Origin: Epiperipatus broadwayi
Taxonomy: Eukaryota > Animalia > Onychophora
Reading direction: 5' to 3'
NCBI GenBank assembly: GCA_028023455.1
Contig: JAQFVV010000010.1
Span: 16,740,001-16,804,000, forward strand
Length of the DNA: 64,000 bases
In this document: one piece after another, positions 41,453-54,619 of the stretch
Layout: each line of letters begins with the position of its first letter
Position numbering within the stretch: position 1 is the first letter of the stretch
Notes under the pieces: model-generated
Told to the model about the DNA's origin: nothing
Database searches by the model: none
What the model saw: the letters and a program-made list of their open reading frames with translations, nothing else
Made by a program: the position numbers and the translations under genes

Positions 41453-42047
41453 ACATTTGTAATACAAGCTTGTTTAAATTAGATCATGTGACTTATAATT
41501 TGATTTTTTTTTGTAACTTTTTTTTTTTTTCACTAAACTAGGTATATTTTTTGAATTATAAATCTTTATCACCAAATTTTCTTAAAATTTGACAATGAAT
41601 TAATTGTAGATTTGTTTCTTTCTGCACCAGTTATGCAGCAAGTTTATCTTTAGATTGTTTTATTTCAGGCAGTCTTTTTAGGATTTTCTAATGTTTTATG
41701 AAATATTGCATACTGATCCATCAAATACATGAGAATGGAAAAATAAATGACTAAAGAACTTGCATAGTAACTCATATTATCAAAAGCATCAACTATAATA
41801 ATTCCATTTTTAACAAATAGATAATAATAACCTTCCACATGGTTGCTTCTTTAATATCTTCCAATAGTTATTTTGATTTCTTTTTAACAATAGTTCCATA
41901 ATCTGTAGACTTTTTTTTTAAAGTTCCAAATAATTATTCAACTGGCTAAATTTACATAAATTTTTACTTTATATACATACCAGTCTTTTAAGTCAAACTT
42001 ACTATTTTAAAAACAATAATAAAAAAATTAAACATCTGATGTGGACT

Positions 42048-42249
42048 AAAGCCACCCTAGTGCCTCTCCGAGGAGTGCCAAAGCACGAAACCATAATCAG
42101 AGGTTAGGGGGAAGGGTTCCTGACAGAGATATTTTAAATGCTTTCTCTGGGTAAGCATTTATTACAAAGCTTGTTGAGCAATTGGCAATGCTCATTGTTT
42201 ATATCTTACAAGCTTAAAAGAATTGGGTCATGTCATCTATGACTCCTAT
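42048..42249 (+). mobile_element. 202-bp non-coding element with a hammerhead near its 5' end and a 13-bp TSD
   Basis: TCTGATGTGGACT at 42035-42047 and 42250-42262. The body resembles the arm of 57792-57934. Confidence 0.85.
42062..42104 (+). ncRNA. Degenerate type-I hammerhead ribozyme (family C)
   Basis: GCCUCU-CCGAGGA-GUGC-CAAA-GCAC-GAAA-CCAUAA-UC-AGAGGU: 6-bp stem I, 4-bp stem II, U4->C change and a weakened stem III. Confidence 0.7.
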
Positions 42250-43010
42250 TCTGATGTGGACTGTTTTTACATTTTTTTTTTACCAAGCCTGTTTATAGAC
42301 TGGTTCACACTAGAATAAGTAATTATTCTCTTATTTAATGTTTCACAAATTTAATGGCTAATTACTGAATTTGTTTTAACTTCTTCAAATCATTAAGAAT
42401 TATTTTGACTTTTAATTGATTTTACATATTTTATTTACTAAAACGAAGTAAGGACTTTTATTGAAATTTTTTATAAATTTAATATAGGGAAAATATAATA
42501 TACGAATCTACAAAAATATATGAATTTTCAAATAGAGTATTATTTAGAACAAATTAATATATTTATTTGATTGTGATAAACAATAAAATCAAATCAAAAT
42601 AGTCAATTACAAAATATTTTGTTATTTGCAGAGGGGAAAATACCATTGATAGTTAAATTAATCACAAGTTTTTTTTTATTTTTATTAAGGAAAAAATGCA
42701 GGTGACTGATCACCCACTACATGATGTAAATACATTTGTTTAAAGAAATCTTTGAGATGGTGAACCAGTCAATACAAAAATTTTCAGGTCTACTTACCCG
42801 TAGAGAATTACAAAGTGTTCAATGTTACAAGGTGAAACAATTATTGACCAGGTTTACAAAAGTACATACGCTCGATAACAATTATATCCATACAAGTTTA
42901 ACGAGTGATGAGCACAGATCTGCACTGCTCGAAAACAATCCATCAAGGGGTGCAGCAGCCCATGAGAGTGGAAATGATGCTGAAAACTTTGACCCTGTAC
43001 CCTCCCGGTA

Positions 43011-43290
43011 GGTCTTCCGGGTAGCAGCAATAATCATCAACAGCCTGCACCCATAAACCAGACCCCCAATGACCGCCACTATCGACCCCTGAGAAAGAAA
43101 TGAGGAGTGCAGACCCATGCCCGCAAATATTACAGCAAAACTCCAATAATGGTTTTCCGGGTAGTGGCAATAATCGTCAACAGCCTGCACCCATAAACCA
43201 GAACCCCAATGACTGCCACCATCGACCCCTGAGAAAGAAATGAGGAGTGCAGACCCATGCCCGCAAATATTACAGCAAAACTCCAATAAT
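43011..43290. repeat. Tandem duplication, 2 x 140 bp, inside a GC-richer degenerate coding-like island
   Basis: 43011-43150 and 43151-43290 are nearly identical. Confidence 0.95.
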
Positions 43291-45679
43291 GTTACAGAGA
43301 TATTTCTAGCTGGAGTGTCTGACATCCAGCTTGTTAATTGAATTTGTCTGTGATCATGTTCTTGATAAAAGAATTGTTCGCTTTTATTTCTTAAATTTCT
43401 CAATCCTTATTAAAAGTTATTCATTGAATGATTTCGGTAAAACAGTTGATTGTTCATCTTCCTCATCCATTAAATCCAATATATTATCATAAGCCTCTTG
43501 CATAACATTTACCACATACTTCTATTCCCTCCAGTTGGTTTCCCATTCACAGTATTGGGAATAAGGTCTTTTTTAAAAAAATATCAAATAAAAAATTTAA
43601 TTTACCTATAACTTTCATGAATCATCTGCCAGTTGTTTCCTTGCTCATTCAAGTGGTTAAATCATTAGTATGAATATTTTTTATTATTATTTAAAATGGC
43701 CTGTGCACATACGTTAATGATGATGGTAATTCTATCAAAATCTAAAGAGAAGCTAAAAGTTTTATTAATGATCAAATGAAAATAACTGATTTAGTAGTAA
43801 AAGGAGAAAAAGTTGTATATAAGTTAATACACTCTATCAATTGATATCTTATTATGTATAATTTTATCATAGATATGTGTACATATGTCAAAAATACATG
43901 ATATATAGAGTTCATCATTATCCATGGTTTCGGTTATCTGTATAAGAGATAGAATCAAATGTCCATGAAAAAGGTTATTGTTATAAATCTAAGAAATAAT
44001 TAGGCTGTTTTTTTTTACAGAATACAATTGTATATCAATGAATAATGGAATGTGTTAATTTATTTAACCAAGCAATTAATGAAAATTATTCTTATCCTTT
44101 TTACGTGTCTGTGTATTTATGCACATATGTTTTAAATATAGAACTTTCAAGATGAAGTCAATAATCATTTAGACAAGAATTTCCTAGACTGTATATTGTG
44201 AGGAATGTAAGAAAACAGTAAATAAGATTGCAAACTGTTTGATTGTCAGATCAGATTCTAAACTCAACCAAAGGTGAGAATTGAACAATGCCCTGGGTGG
44301 AGAGTATAACTGCATCCGTAAATACTTAAAATATATTTAAATTAAACGACATTTCTAAAATAAAATATACTTTAGATGTCTCATCATGGTTGATCCTCAG
44401 AATTGGTTCTACAGATACCAGTTTCAAAAATAATTTCCATAATCATAAGCTCTATTGTAAAAAGCTTTACAGAAATATAATTCTAACGTATCGGGTTGAG
44501 CGTTTGCGTGTCAGATGCTAGCAGCAGCTGATTCATTGAAATTTTTTCTTTTTTAAATTGCATGAAAACTATAAACATGATGTCAACAGAAATCACAGCA
44601 TTCGTTGTTGCTTAAATCCCTCTTTAAAATGGTGCATCACAAGTTGAAATCGGATAAAATTTGAATTTTTTTTATTAATAGGTACATTTAATTTTTTTTC
44701 TTTTCTGGTCAGTTTACTAGATTACAGAAAGACATCAAAGGCAGAATTGCTTTATCAGCCAGACTTGTTACTAAAATGGATTAAAAATATGCTAATTCAC
44801 ATTTCAAGGCCTTCAACCTGATAAAAACATAATTGCGAATATCGGTCATATTATTTTTAAATTATTTGATAAGTGGTATAATTTATTAATGTACTTGCAT
44901 TGGTATATCTGTGTAGTATACAAATTATATAATATTAAATCATTTATGCTCTTTATTATAGTTTATAAATTTGTATTCAAATATAACAAAAGTGATTTAT
45001 GTACAATGTAATTTTGGGGCTTTGATCTAAGTTTGAAGCAACCTTATTTTATAGACATAGTGATTCTCAAAAGGTTTAATAATTTATTAGTGTGTTTATA
45101 TGTCTATGTTTAAATAATGATTTTTATATATAAAAATTATAGAGCAATGCAATGTAAATTTTGATTATCAGATGTACTGAAAGGTTGCAGTTGATAAAGC
45201 AATCACAAAATTTACTGGGCATACTACCATGTGAAAATATAAACATTTAAAACCAATAGAGATTTCGAATGGTGTCTGTGTGGTGATAGCCACAATGGTT
45301 ATGTATATACCACATGGAATTGTATGCAGGCAAAGAATCAAATTCTGATTCTTACCTATGCCTTGGTACTCATGCTGTGGAGTCAGTAGTTTTGCCACAT
45401 CTTGCATCACATTATTTTCAATTCTATAGCTAGCAAATGAGGTATATGCAAATAAATTATATCTCTGTGGGACAATAAATATAACAAGATAGCATCACTG
45501 GTATGCATAAAGAATATAAACACTGTACTCAAAAAATATAAAATGAAGAGATGAAACTCATTTTATAACTGATACAGACAGTAGCCTACAATTTCTAGTT
45601 TTAGATAGACAAAAAGCCAATTGTTATGATGAGAATTGCATATTCATCTTCTGGAAATGATTTGTTTTGTATCTTTTAG

Positions 45680-46115
45680 TAGGATAAATCTTTTTCTTAT
45701 AGATGCCTTGAGATTTGTTAACTTTTAGGATACAAGATAAAAATGAAGAGTTCTTATGTGACTAGTTTTGGAGATTCTGAAGCTATGTATTATCTCAGGT
45801 AAGGATTATTATATATGGTTTGGAAGATACTTTTATGAGGAATACAAAAAAATTATCAATGAAGATATAATTTAAACTTAATGATAAATTAGAAATTATG
45901 AACAAACGATAAAGTAATAATTATTTTGGATGTTGAAATTTCTTTTTTCCCCCTTATTTTTAAAATGGTAATTACTATTTGTCTTAGCCTTATTGTTTTC
46001 CTTAATTTTTCTAGTTTCTATCAATGTAAAGCTTTTTTGCTCTAACATTATCAAAACTGAAGTTATGTGAAAATTGTGTCTCAAATCAGTTTTTCTAAAA
46101 ATTCAATATGGCACC
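45680..46115 (+). repeat. Dispersed ~400-bp repeat, copy 2
   Basis: Collinear with 19255-19635. Confidence 0.85.
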
Positions 46116-47269
46116 AGGACTATTAACTAGATATATCATTAAGTTAAACAAATGGGTGGAAATTTCTTAGATATTATAAAATAATAAATTTATAATGGTT
46201 CAAAATGACCCCCACCCCCAAACAAAATTGGTTAATTAATAAATAGAAAATAATTATATGTAGTTCTTGACTTTAAAGTCAAATGCTGCCATTTTTTTTA
46301 TCTTTCTATTCATCTTTAAATTTATTATTATTATTTAATTATATCAAGATTATACATATAAAACTGTTAGAAATGTGCTAATGATTGTTGTGTAGATAAG
46401 TGAGCATAAATATTAATAAAACAAAATTATTCTTTTTTGTAACAGGTCAATGCTTTATTGTCTGCTGCAAGATGGCAAATAAATTGGAAAATAAAATAAA
46501 AAAAGTTAGCTGTAGAGTCTTTTTGGAGACTCTTTAAAGTTAGCTGGGCTGCAGCGCCCTCGCTTAATTAGCCTTAAAGGCTATTTCCCCAGTTACTGAC
46601 TAAAAATAAAATCTGATAATTATTTATCAGATGCCAATAAAGACATAAGAACAAAAAAATTACAAACACAATGAACAAAAAGAGGACACTAGAAATTCTG
46701 AAAATCATTTTGCACTGGGAAATAAACAAACATAAATTAATTTAAAAAAAATACTGACTTAAAAAAAAAGTCTATCTACAAACTTTTCAAGACCTAAAAG
46801 TCACAAGAATTGATGGGTTCATAAAGTCTGATGAAACAAAAATTCAAATAAATTTAGTTTAAAATGTATATATTTACTTCACAAAAACATTTTGAATGTC
46901 AAAAATAACAATAATTTGACATTTTATAGTAAAAGCATTACATTACTAGAAAGAGAAAGGGCAGGTATCTTTTATTATTATTTTTTTAAAAAATACAATT
47001 AAAAAAAAATACCGCCAAGTTTTCTTTTTTTTCTAATACATTAAAAAAAAAAAATCCACAATTATGTACATATACAAATGTTAGAAATATAAATGAATTT
47101 ATGTACAAACATGTGGGTTAGGTGTGATCAAACACTCACATATGTACTTACAAACAAGAAGTTGCTTATAAAAAAAAAAAAAAATTCAGAGGAACTGTTA
47201 ATTTTTTGTTTATTTATTATCTTTTTCGGTTTAATAATTATAGCATTTGTAATTTTAAAAATCATAACT

Positions 47270-47555
47270 TTTCATACAGTAGCGCCACCAGTGCAAGCCA
47301 GAGTAATCAATGGATGCAAGAAAGTTTGTGCATAAAATCCCTATCTAGTGTCTACTCATCCAATATCTTCAGACTAGTTTCTAGCTTGTGGCTTTCATAT
47401 TGGATGAATAGGCATTAGATAGGGATTTTATGCACAAACTTTCTTGCATCAATTGATTACTCTGGATTGCACCGAGTGGCACTACTATATGGAGAGTTTA
47501 GCCTCTGTGTACGCATAAGAAATGGTGATCATGTGATGTTTGCTGGTTTAAAACT
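47270..47555. repeat. Family-A fold-back with truncated hammerhead at the junction
   Basis: Reverse arm 47270-47398 is joined to a forward arm starting at ~47399. The core is cut at UGAAAGCC. Confidence 0.9.
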
Positions 47556-48059
47556 GCACGTATTTATAAAATGCTATATGTATAAAAAAAAGTACCATGA
47601 AAGTTAAAATATTTAAATAATAATACTAATAATTAAGAAAAAAGTGATCTGGGATGTAAAGATAAAACATATTTTCAACTTCATCAAATAACTATGACTA
47701 AAAAAGATTTTGCCAATTATTTTATCCTAAAACATTAAATAATAAATAAATCCACAATTGTTAGAAATATAAATGAATTTATGTACAAATATGTGGATTA
47801 AGTGTGATTATTATTTTGATAAATCACAAATGATTAATAAAAAAATCAAATTTGAGAACATCCTTTGATGAAATTAAATGCAATTATTATTATTTTTTCA
47901 CATAGTATCATAATAAAATTTCTGAGAGAGAAAATATCTGCATTCCCACATGATTACATACTTTTAAATTAAATACAACATGTATGTATATTAATATCAA
48001 CAGCTTTGTTAGTTATATGCCAAAAGATTGGAATTAAAATTGACTCTATAACATTTTTG

Positions 48060-48500
48060 AAGCCTTTCTGTCCATTATTCTAACATCCAGACTTTTGTAA
48101 CTACTCCATTCATTTAGATATCAATCAATATTTTCTTCTCCTACCTATTTTTTTTTATTTTTATTCTTCACATATCTTTCACAATTTCTTTTAAGTATAT
48201 AACCAATCCAATTTCTTTTCCTGCATAATAATTCCTTCAAAAAAATAATAGCTTTTCATTTATTCTTTTTAACATTTCATTTTTGCTCATTATCTTTTCA
48301 ACATAACTTTTCCATTTTTTTCCAAATCCATACTTCTAATGAATGCTCCATGTTGTCAATTTCTTTTTCTAATCCTTCAAATCACTATTTCATATAAAGT
48401 TGCAGTCTATACAAAATGTTTAATTAACATTTTTTTTAAATTCCAACTTTAATGGCTCAGGAAATGACCTCCTATCTTTTAGAAAAATCCTGCTTAGCCA
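48060..48500 (-). mobile_element. RTE-type LINE C-terminal fragment
   Basis: SLEVWIWKKMEK..RKRNWIGYILKR-type motifs. Confidence 0.7.
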
Positions 48501-48857
48501 TACTCCATTTCTACATTTTGCCACCTTTTCAAATTCAAAATTTAACTTTGCTTAAGTGTTAAGACAAGGATTCATAATAGTAAGGTTTTGGAAGTCCTAA
48601 CCGTATCTTTCAATTTATTAATTCAATAACAGATTTATATATATATATATACACACACAAACATAGTAAAAGGTATTTACTTAAGGATTTATATAATAAA
48701 TTTACTTGCGCTAAATACCTAAACATAAATATGAATAATAATTTAATAATTCAGATTAGAATCAATCTACATTATTGAAAGTAATTATAAAATCAAATCA
48801 TTTTAAAAAATTGTATTGATATATTGCACTATTTTCATCATCTAATATAAAGTACTG

Positions 48858-48986
48858 TCAAGCGCTGTTAGCCGAGAGGTCAGCACAGCCAACTTGCAAG
48901 CAAGCAGTTGGTTGCAGACGGTTGTTGCGGGTTCGCCTCCCGGCAGATGCTATGACATATGAAAAAGGAAAAAAAAAAGAAATATT
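48858..48986 (+). mobile_element. tRNA-derived SINE with a 15-bp TSD
   Basis: TAATATAAAGTACTG at 48843-48857 and 48987-49001. A box TAGCCGAGAGG, B box GGTTCGCCTCC, A-rich tail. Confidence 0.9.
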
Positions 48987-51900
48987 TAATATAAAGTACT
49001 GAATGTCTTTAGAAAAATTTAACTTTTCCAATTGCATTCAACTGTTAGTAATAGTACACAGGTTAATATATGCATGAAGTTTCGAGAGGTATTACTCTCC
49101 CCTCTTCTTCAGGCGTTGTTGGCCTGACTAATGACAGTACTAGCATGATAATCAAATCTGGACCCTTAGATTCTTGAATATTATATTTTAAGATAATGCT
49201 CTAACCTAATGAGCCATCCTCTCAAAACATTGTGCATATACTAACAATTGAATGTGATTGGAATATTTAATTTAAAGTTAAAACTTTACTAAATTATATT
49301 AGATAATGGAAATAGACCAATATATAAATACAATTAAATTACCGTCATCACAAACCTTCAGGTAAACATTTAAAAAAATGTTTGAATTATCAAATCACAA
49401 ATGCTTATATTTTTTACTTTCTCAGAGAATTTAATTTTATTTAAAAAATTTGGTTTATTTTTATTAGACTTCTCTCTATTTTCTTTTTGTAAGCAACCTT
49501 ATCCCCAAAAATTATTGCAAATATTTAGAAGTTTTTTAAAAGTATTTTTGAAAAACGTTAACAACAAAAAATTACCATTAAATTTCATCAGACTAAAAAT
49601 TGAAAATATATAATATTTTCAAAGTCTTACGAGCAAAAATAATAATAATAAAAAGGGTTACTATTTAATCATTCTACAGATAGACATGTAAAATGGTCTA
49701 GACTTGCTAAGTTCAATGATAGGGGACCAAGAAAAGGAAGGAAAACGTTAAAAACAAATGATAATTAGCGAAACAGAAAAAACAGATATATACTATGTGT
49801 GAAAATATATATACATATGCACACACCAATAATATGTATTCAAAGAAAGCTAAACTAGCAGTGATTCCCTAATCATATTTTTATTTTAAAAAAAATCTTT
49901 TTAATAATTTAAGAGAATTAATTATTAAATCAATAAATTTTATTTGACGGATTAATATTATTCTATATGTAAAAAAGACATTATAAAAACAATATGCTTG
50001 GATATTAAATTCTTCACCCAAAAGCAAATTCAAGTGTCTAAGCAATAAAATGTTTTGACCAAGTGATAATATTTAATTATTAAAAGAAAGTTTGTCATAA
50101 ACTGCTATGACATTAGTACTACTTTTTCCAGCATATTGTCAATTATATTATGTGAAAGTTGATTAGTTTTCTTATATTAAGCAACTTTTGGAATTTGTGA
50201 CTTGGTAAGCACTGCTAGATTAATTTCTTCAAATGCACATAGTTGTATATACATATTTATGAACACACATATACACAGACATATATACACACATGTGTAT
50301 GTATACATTTAACGAATAATAAAAAATATTGTCCCCTCCACAAAATATGATTTAATTTTTTTACATAATGATAAACAAAATGTAATTAAAAATATTTTAT
50401 GTAAAAACATGATTAACAATTAAATGTTTTTTCCCACAAAAATATATTTATTTTTGACTTTAAATTATTATTATTATTTTGTTTAAACCTTAAAGAAGGT
50501 ATGATAGAAGACGAAAGAAATAATTAAATAGAAAGACACTTTTCCTCTCATATGCATAAAATAATTATTAATATTAAAATAATTCCAAGTTATTTTCAAA
50601 ATATGAATAATTAAAATAAACTTTAATTCCATGTACTTGATTCTAAAAAAGGAATAATTTTTGCACCTTGATTCTTATTATTATTTTGAAAATTTCTTGT
50701 TTCTTTTTTTTAAAATTGAGGAGAGAGGTAAGGAATCTAGATGCCACAATTATAAATGTTGAGAATTTTTAAAAATAAATTTACAATTACATATATATAT
50801 ATAATAATAAAAACGAGGAAGTTAAAAAGAGAGAGACAAATATATTGCACGCATAGAAAAAAAAAATATACACATATTTTCTTCATTAAGAAAGCCCCCT
50901 TTCTTACCCTTTCTTTCTATTTTTTTTTTTTACAAGTGAAAGATCACAATAAGTTAATTTTTTTTTTAAAACTGAATAAGTCATAAGTAGTAAAGTTACA
51001 AATGAATATTTACAAATGTAAAAATTTACAAAGAATGATATACATATTTAAAGAAAAAATAAATAAATAAATAAATAATAATAACAACAACAGCCTATTG
51101 CATCATGTGACCGATAAATGTTCAGTTCAATCTAAAACAGATATAAGTAGAAGAGAGAGAGAGGAAAAATCTGCTTATTAAGACCAGAGGTCACATTTAT
51201 TTTACAGGCTTCATTTTATTCAATTATTTGTAAAATTTTAATTATTTATTACAATAACACTTATTTTTTTGGATGTATCAAATACAATAAGAAGCCAATA
51301 AAAAAAATATGAAATTTGTCAAAATAAATCCACACACACTTATCTCAGTATTAATAAAAAAATATGAGTAATATGTAAGGGAATGTTGAGGGCTTTAGAG
51401 GGAGAAGAAACTATAAAGAAAATATTGAAATATGACATATAATACTGAAATGAAACCCATTTTTGAAATATTTTCACAGGAATATGTTTAGGATTAATTT
51501 TACAGACATTCTCTAATTACATTTTGAAGTTTTTATTTATTAAAATGCGCCAGTAACCCTTTGCATGTCTTTAGAAATATCACATTTATGAGGAGAATAA
51601 TTTATGACACCGGATTGTGACCACAGTGATACACTGTGATCACACATTTTAAATAGACTCATCACAATATGTTTCATGCAAAATTTTCATTTTTTTAAAA
51701 ATTTATTTAGTTATTTTTAGTTCTAACAAAATTTTAGATTTCTATAATTATTGGTAGAAATGTAAATTTTTCTTTTCCTTTAAAACATAAAAATATTATA
51801 GCACACACACAAATTTGCTAATATATAAATATGTTGGTGAGTGTATAAATATAGATATATATGTAATTAATTACTCTAATATTATTTAATGTCCATATAC

Positions 51901-53329
51901 ATATAAAGAGAGAAAAAGAGAAGAAAACAAAGAATTCAGATATTTATTAAATAGTATCAAATAAATGTATCCTTTATCATTTGGACATTTGATTTTAATT
52001 TCATTCCATTGAAAGATTAAACTTTTTTTATATATTAAAATAATATTTTTTTGCAATAATATCCAATAACCATTTGCTTTCCTGGCCATGAATATGAGGG
52101 AAAAACCTCGAAAGTACTAGGCCTAGATTAATTTAATTTGTTTTTGTTACTACTGACAGCTTCTTATTCAGCGTGTTAAAGTGCTTATATATATATATAA
52201 TTTCCTGTCAACCCTAAATTTCTCTGTATATTAATAATTATCAGCTGGAAAAATCTGAAAAGGATAAAGTAGGATTGTAAATCAAAAAAATATATTTCTA
52301 AATAATATATATCACAAAGACATACTGGTAATAGAAAGATCTTTTTTTTTTCTAAAAAAGCTCTTTATTTATTTAACTTTTGACAATTTTGAAAAGTATT
52401 ATATTTCAATTGATAAAAGAATTGAGTTTTTCTTGCATCACTTTTCTATCTTTAGATCAGAAATATTAAAAAGCTTCATAATAGCCAGAAATTAAAATTA
52501 CACATATCTTTTTTATTGTTAATCATTACTGTCTTACATCAATGAAGGACTTAATTCATTTTCTATCTTTCTCTCTCTCTATATATACATGCACAATACT
52601 GAAATGCATATATATAAAATTACATCACACATCTCAATGTCACACTCATAATATCACTAGAAAATATTAGCAGTTGTTGTTATGGCAACATTACAAATAA
52701 GTAAAAAATGGTTATATTTTCCACTTATTCATAATGTTGCCTTCATAACAGGTTACATTATAAGCATATAGGCAGCATGTGAAATAATTATATATAATGA
52801 TCAGTTAGCCATTGGTACTTTTAGTTTATTATACATACCTCAATACTATACAATGTGTATCTCAGTTACAACATCATATAGTATATCAATTTTTTCTTTA
52901 TATTTTCTTATTCTTTTCTAGCAATATAGATAAATAAGTCAGTTTATTTACTTAAAGGGATATAATCGATAAGATAATGGTGGCAATTAGTAATTAAATT
53001 TAGAAATATGTAATCAGAATTAATAAATAATGCATTTGAATGATTTAATTAACTGATAAATTTTCATATAAATATGTATAAATCCACATGATTTTTTTTT
53101 AAAAAGATAACTTTAATATTTTTAAAATAACTTTTTAAAGAAAAAATATTTTTTTCAACATAATTAATATAATTATTTGAAAATAGTAATGTTAAACTAT
53201 ATAATGAAGAAAATATTATTCATCATTAGTGGTACCAATTGCTGTTTCAATAATCATTATTTCTCTCTCCTTTATGTGCACTTATAATGTATGTGTCTGT
53301 ATATATATTTATACATGGTATGATTATTT

Positions 53330-53540
53330 GGTACTTGTCTATTAGTAGCCATACATTACTTGATGGCGCTGTTCCTGTGCAAAAACATGGTGTTTTCTCT
53401 ATGCCAACGCACAGAAATCGTACGCCTAGCTATGTGTGGCCACGTTTTATGTGTATGTTCGCTAATGACAGTTATATTAATAGGTTTTTGAACAGAAACA
53501 GTGCCATCAAGTGATGTACGGCTGCTAATAAACAAGTACT
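53330..53540. mobile_element. Merlin-like MITE (~57-bp TIRs, 8-bp TSD)
   Basis: TIR GGTACTTGTCTATTAGTAGCCATACATTACTTGATGGCGCTGTTCCTGTGCAAAAAC has an imperfect inverse at the right end. GATTATTT at 53322-53329 and 53541-53548. A 5'-GG terminus with an 8-bp TSD fits Merlin. Confidence 0.8.
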
Positions 53541-54142
53541 GATTATTTCTTAAATATAATTTGTCATAAGCATATCTTTGTGTTTTATTTTTATAAAAAA
53601 TAACTTTAAAATAAAAAGAAGTGTATTTTTTTTAAACATCTACAGGTCTGTATTCACACACACACAATTATTATTAAAATAAATAAAATTTTACAGTTTT
53701 GATTTGCCTTCTTTTGGCAATAAAATGTGAATATATATATATTTTTTCAAACTTTTTAAGATTAGAACAAAATTGTAATTTAGAGATTTGTCTGCTTACC
53801 CATTTCAATGTTGTATAATGAAAAAATTAATAACAAATTAATTTCTTTTCCCGTGAAAACTTATTTCCCCCCCTACATATTCAGCTGGACATTTTTAATA
53901 AAGAAGTTCAGCACCATTTTAGATTTGGAAAGAAAAACTGCTGATCTTCAGCTCAGTAAACTTCTGTAAACTCAAACCGTGTCAGCGGCATGTGGAGCAT
54001 CATACTGTGAGCAGTGGCAACGATAGCGACAGGATAAACACAACAGTGAGCTATGGTGGCGACAGATCAAGTCACATTTCTACTGGCTTAGAGTATAACT
54101 AGTATACAAAAGGAAGAAGCCACCTTAGTAGTGGCTAATAAG

Positions 54143-54322
54143 TTAAGTAGGGACCAAAAAAGGAGGTTTGTCCCATTCATGCCGATAGTCTGGATTAACA
54201 AAAGAAAAACCCCTGAATTCTTCTTGATTAATAGCCCGAACAATCTGTGGATCAATAGGGGTTAGAACAGGCTCCTCTTTGGTGAAATCTTGATCAAAAT
54301 TATTGACATCTTTTTTAGTTTT
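54143..54322 (-). CDS. Pkc98E: Last coding exon of novel PKC (epsilon/eta, Pkc98E-like): turn and hydrophobic motifs
   Basis: Acceptor TTTTCAG at 54323-54329. [59 protein letters not shown] is in phase 0 with the previous exon. Confidence 0.97.
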   Translation of the reverse strand, partial: KTKKDVNNFDQDFTKEEPVLTPIDPQIVRAINQEEFRGFSFVNPDYRHEWDKPPFLVPT

Positions 54323-54369
54323 CTGAAAATAAAAAAAAAAAATACACATATGTAGATAAAAGTATATAT

Positions 54370-54619
54370 TTCATTTCAATATCAGCCTTTCAAGCTAATT
54401 GAGCACGCGCCTTTTGAGTGTTAAATAAATGAATACTCTCTTCTTCAATCCAAGATATAGTATTTATGCAGGAATAAAAAGAATAAATACTATATCTTGG
54501 ATTGAAGAAGAGAGTATTCATTTATTTAACACTCAAAAGGCGCATGCTCAATTAGCTTGAAAGGCTGATATTGGAATGAAATATAATTGCAAGCACAGCG
54601 CTAGATAAAATATTTGCTT
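54370..54619. mobile_element. 250-bp fold-back insertion (103-bp arms, 15-nt loop) with a 14-bp TSD
   Basis: Arms 54365-54467 and 54483-54585 have 2 mismatches. ATAAAAGTATATAT at 54356-54369 and 54620-54633. Confidence 0.92.

Noticed and set aside
44476-44520. TATA/Inr-like promoter
   Set aside because: Spacing is off and no downstream gene was identified. Such words are expected by chance in AT-rich DNA.
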